A DNA stretch of 64,000 nucleotides from Podarcis pityusensis. Its lineage: Eukaryota. Each line of letters starts with the position of its first letter. Positions within the stretch are counted from its first letter, which is position 1. The translations under genes and the position numbers were made by a program. This document shows, piece after piece, positions 61,549-64,000 of the stretch. The DNA lies in NCBI GenBank assembly GCA_964106645.2, contig OZ067039.1. One strand, 5' to 3'. The notes under the pieces were generated by a model. The model saw only the letters and a program-made list of their open reading frames with translations, was not told the origin of the DNA and did no database searches.

Positions 61549-64000
61549 TAATCTTCAGACTTCCACCAACATGCCTTCAGCTTGGGAAAAAAAGCAGACA
61601 AAAAAGTTTTCCTTTCCGACTGCTTCCCACTCTCTCCCTATCAACTTAGTTTTCCCATGCTTTTGAAGACTTGTGGAAGGATGTCTGCTGGATTTTGCTT
61701 TTAGACAGACTGTTAAAAGATAACAAATAACAAATGCTGCGATATAACCCAATCATCTTTGAAAATGATATCAACGTTGTATTCCTTCTTAACCGGATTT
61801 ATTTTTGTTTTGTGATCACTGTTAGAGGGTGTATTTGATGCTATTTTCCAATGGCAGCGCAACATTATCAAATCAGAATCCAGTTGTAGCGTTTAATACT
61901 TCATGACTTCTTCTAATACAAAGGCAGGGTCTGAACCAAAGCAACACCAACATTGGGGGGGAAGCTGCTTTTATTTCTCTACGCGGAAAGCCTCCCATGC
62001 TTCAAAGAAAACCTAATTTGTACTGCAAGATGTAATACTTCACATGGCAGTTGACATGGCTTTAAAAAGATTCATTTACAGCTTGTCTTGAACTGTGGTA
62101 AATGGAGAAACAGGAGGCCCTGCTTTGGAACAAGAAGAAAATGGTCTGTGAGATTTGTAGTTAACTTTGGGGTAATTTGATTTCTGGTGCATTTGTTTAT
62201 TTGCCTGTTCTACAGCTCCTATACAGAGAGAGCCAGGTAATTTACAACATCAAGGCATCTTAATGTTGTAGTATTTATTCATTTTGCCGTGGCAGTCGTA
62301 GGACTCCTCTAATCAGATTGTTTTAAAGTGCATATTAAATCCAGATGCTTTCAAGCTCCTCTAAGGAACTTCGGGCATACCAAGTGCACACAGCAACAAG
62401 ATGATAAACATTTTGTTTTTCCAGTTAAATGACCACCAGAATAGAAGCTTGTTTAATAATGATGCTTTATAAAGAACTTATATGAGGCACTGAAGATTAA
62501 CAAATCCACGCTACAGCATAACCAAGTGCCCACGAGGACAGTGTTCTACAGAAGAATGCAAATGAAGCATCGGATGATGGATAATTTTTAGAGGGATTCT
62601 GCCATGCAGTCTAGCTAAAAAGTGCTATTAAAGAGTCAATATATCTTAATAATGACCACTTGCACAGAAAACCAAAATGCTTCCCTTAGCACAGGAGACC
62701 ACAGGATTGTTTTCAGTACTGTAGGACAGATAGGAGCTCATGCATTTGTCTGGTGGGAGTGGTTTGAAAAGCTGCTTCTTAGGATGTAAACTTCTGGCCA
62801 GGGATCATGGAGTTGAGCATAACAAGTGATTGGAACCAAGTGCCATTATTATTATTTTTAACATTAATTCCTAATTTACCCACCATAGCTAGGGAGACCT
62901 TGGGGTAGTTGGCCATCTGAAATATTCAAGGTTCCTTCTTTGAATATTCACATTTTCTTCTTTTTCCAGCTCATTTTAGTTCTGTAGACATAGGGAATGC
63001 GCCAGACACTGCTGTTCACCACAGCCTCCAATTTTACAGCCGATGAAAGCATAGGTTGCTAGGATGACTGACAAGCACTTATTTTCACTTGATTTATTTG
63101 ACTGTATTTGATACAAGGATTGCACTTGTTTTAGTGACTGCATTTGTTGCATAAACGGCTTAATTTCAAATACAGTTTGTCTAGCTGTATTTGCAATTCT
63201 GCTGCCAGTCCCACCTCTCCCTAAACTCATGGCTACAGCCAAACGATCACATTAAAAGTGCCTATGGAATGAATAAAAGAGCTTGCTTCTGAAATATTAT
63301 GAAATATGGCCTTGGGTTTTTGTTGTTTTTTTAAAAAAAGACACACCTGGAGGAGAATTCCTATGTATTATACAGTCACCCTATATTTATTTAACTTGCA
63401 TTGTGTTTATATCCATGTGGGACAGGAACATGGAAAAATATATGGATCCGAGGATAAGGTCAAGGTTTGGCTCTGTGTGGCAAGTCTGAAAACGTTGCCT
63501 GTGCTACTACGCGATGCATAGCAGCTACAAGCATGTATTATTAATAGCGATATAACTGCCATTCAGAAGCATTGCAGGACAGGGACAAATTGGTTTAAAA
63601 CAAGTGTATTAACATTCCCTGACAGACTTCAAAGGGGTGAAATCACATTATTTTTATTTTATTCCGATTTCACAAGGTACAACCCCCAAATGTGGCAGAG
63701 CTCTTTATATGCACCTTGAGAATTGGCATCTAAGGTGTATAGGCCTAAATTGTCACTGCAAATAGGATCAAATTAAGCAGCTCTAGACACAGCCTGAAAA
63801 GCTGAAATGAACTGAAATGGCATGAAGGAAGGAAGAGTTGCAGGTTGCTTAGCAACTATTACCATTTCTCCGCATTAGATGAAGGCAGTTCAAACTTTGG
63901 AATTGTTGATATTGGTTTCTGGGAATGTGCAAGGAGCTTTTCAATTTCACCATGTCACAAAATAAGCTAGCTGCCATTGTTAGAGGAAGATTTGACATCT

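Overview
Eukaryotic, repeat-rich vertebrate DNA. The repeat set (Sauria SINE, BovB, Squam3-like SINE, reptile-type CR1/L2, many MITEs) points to a squamate reptile, probably a lacertid lizard (inference). Most of the window is intergenic or intronic, with many truncated and nested transposable elements whose target-site duplications (TSDs) can be read directly. The dominant feature is an apparently intact 5.26-kb non-LTR retrotransposon (22316-27573, RTE-X-like) with a 13-bp TSD, a YY1-type 5' motif, a 483-aa ORF1, an APE-endonuclease/RT/CCHC ORF2 and a (GATTT)4 tail. Its ORF1 and ORF2 are in the SAME frame, separated by one UGA followed by CUG and a predicted stem-loop, and ORF2 has no usable AUG. 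This suggests expression by programmed stop-codon readthrough as a ~1610-aa polyprotein; ORF1 also has an N-terminal PIP-box-like motif. A candidate last coding exon and 3'UTR of an unidentified minus-strand host gene lie at ~55.3-56.55 kb. No rRNA, genuine tRNA gene or CRISPR array was seen. Nearly all short ORFs in the track are spurious or TE-derived.
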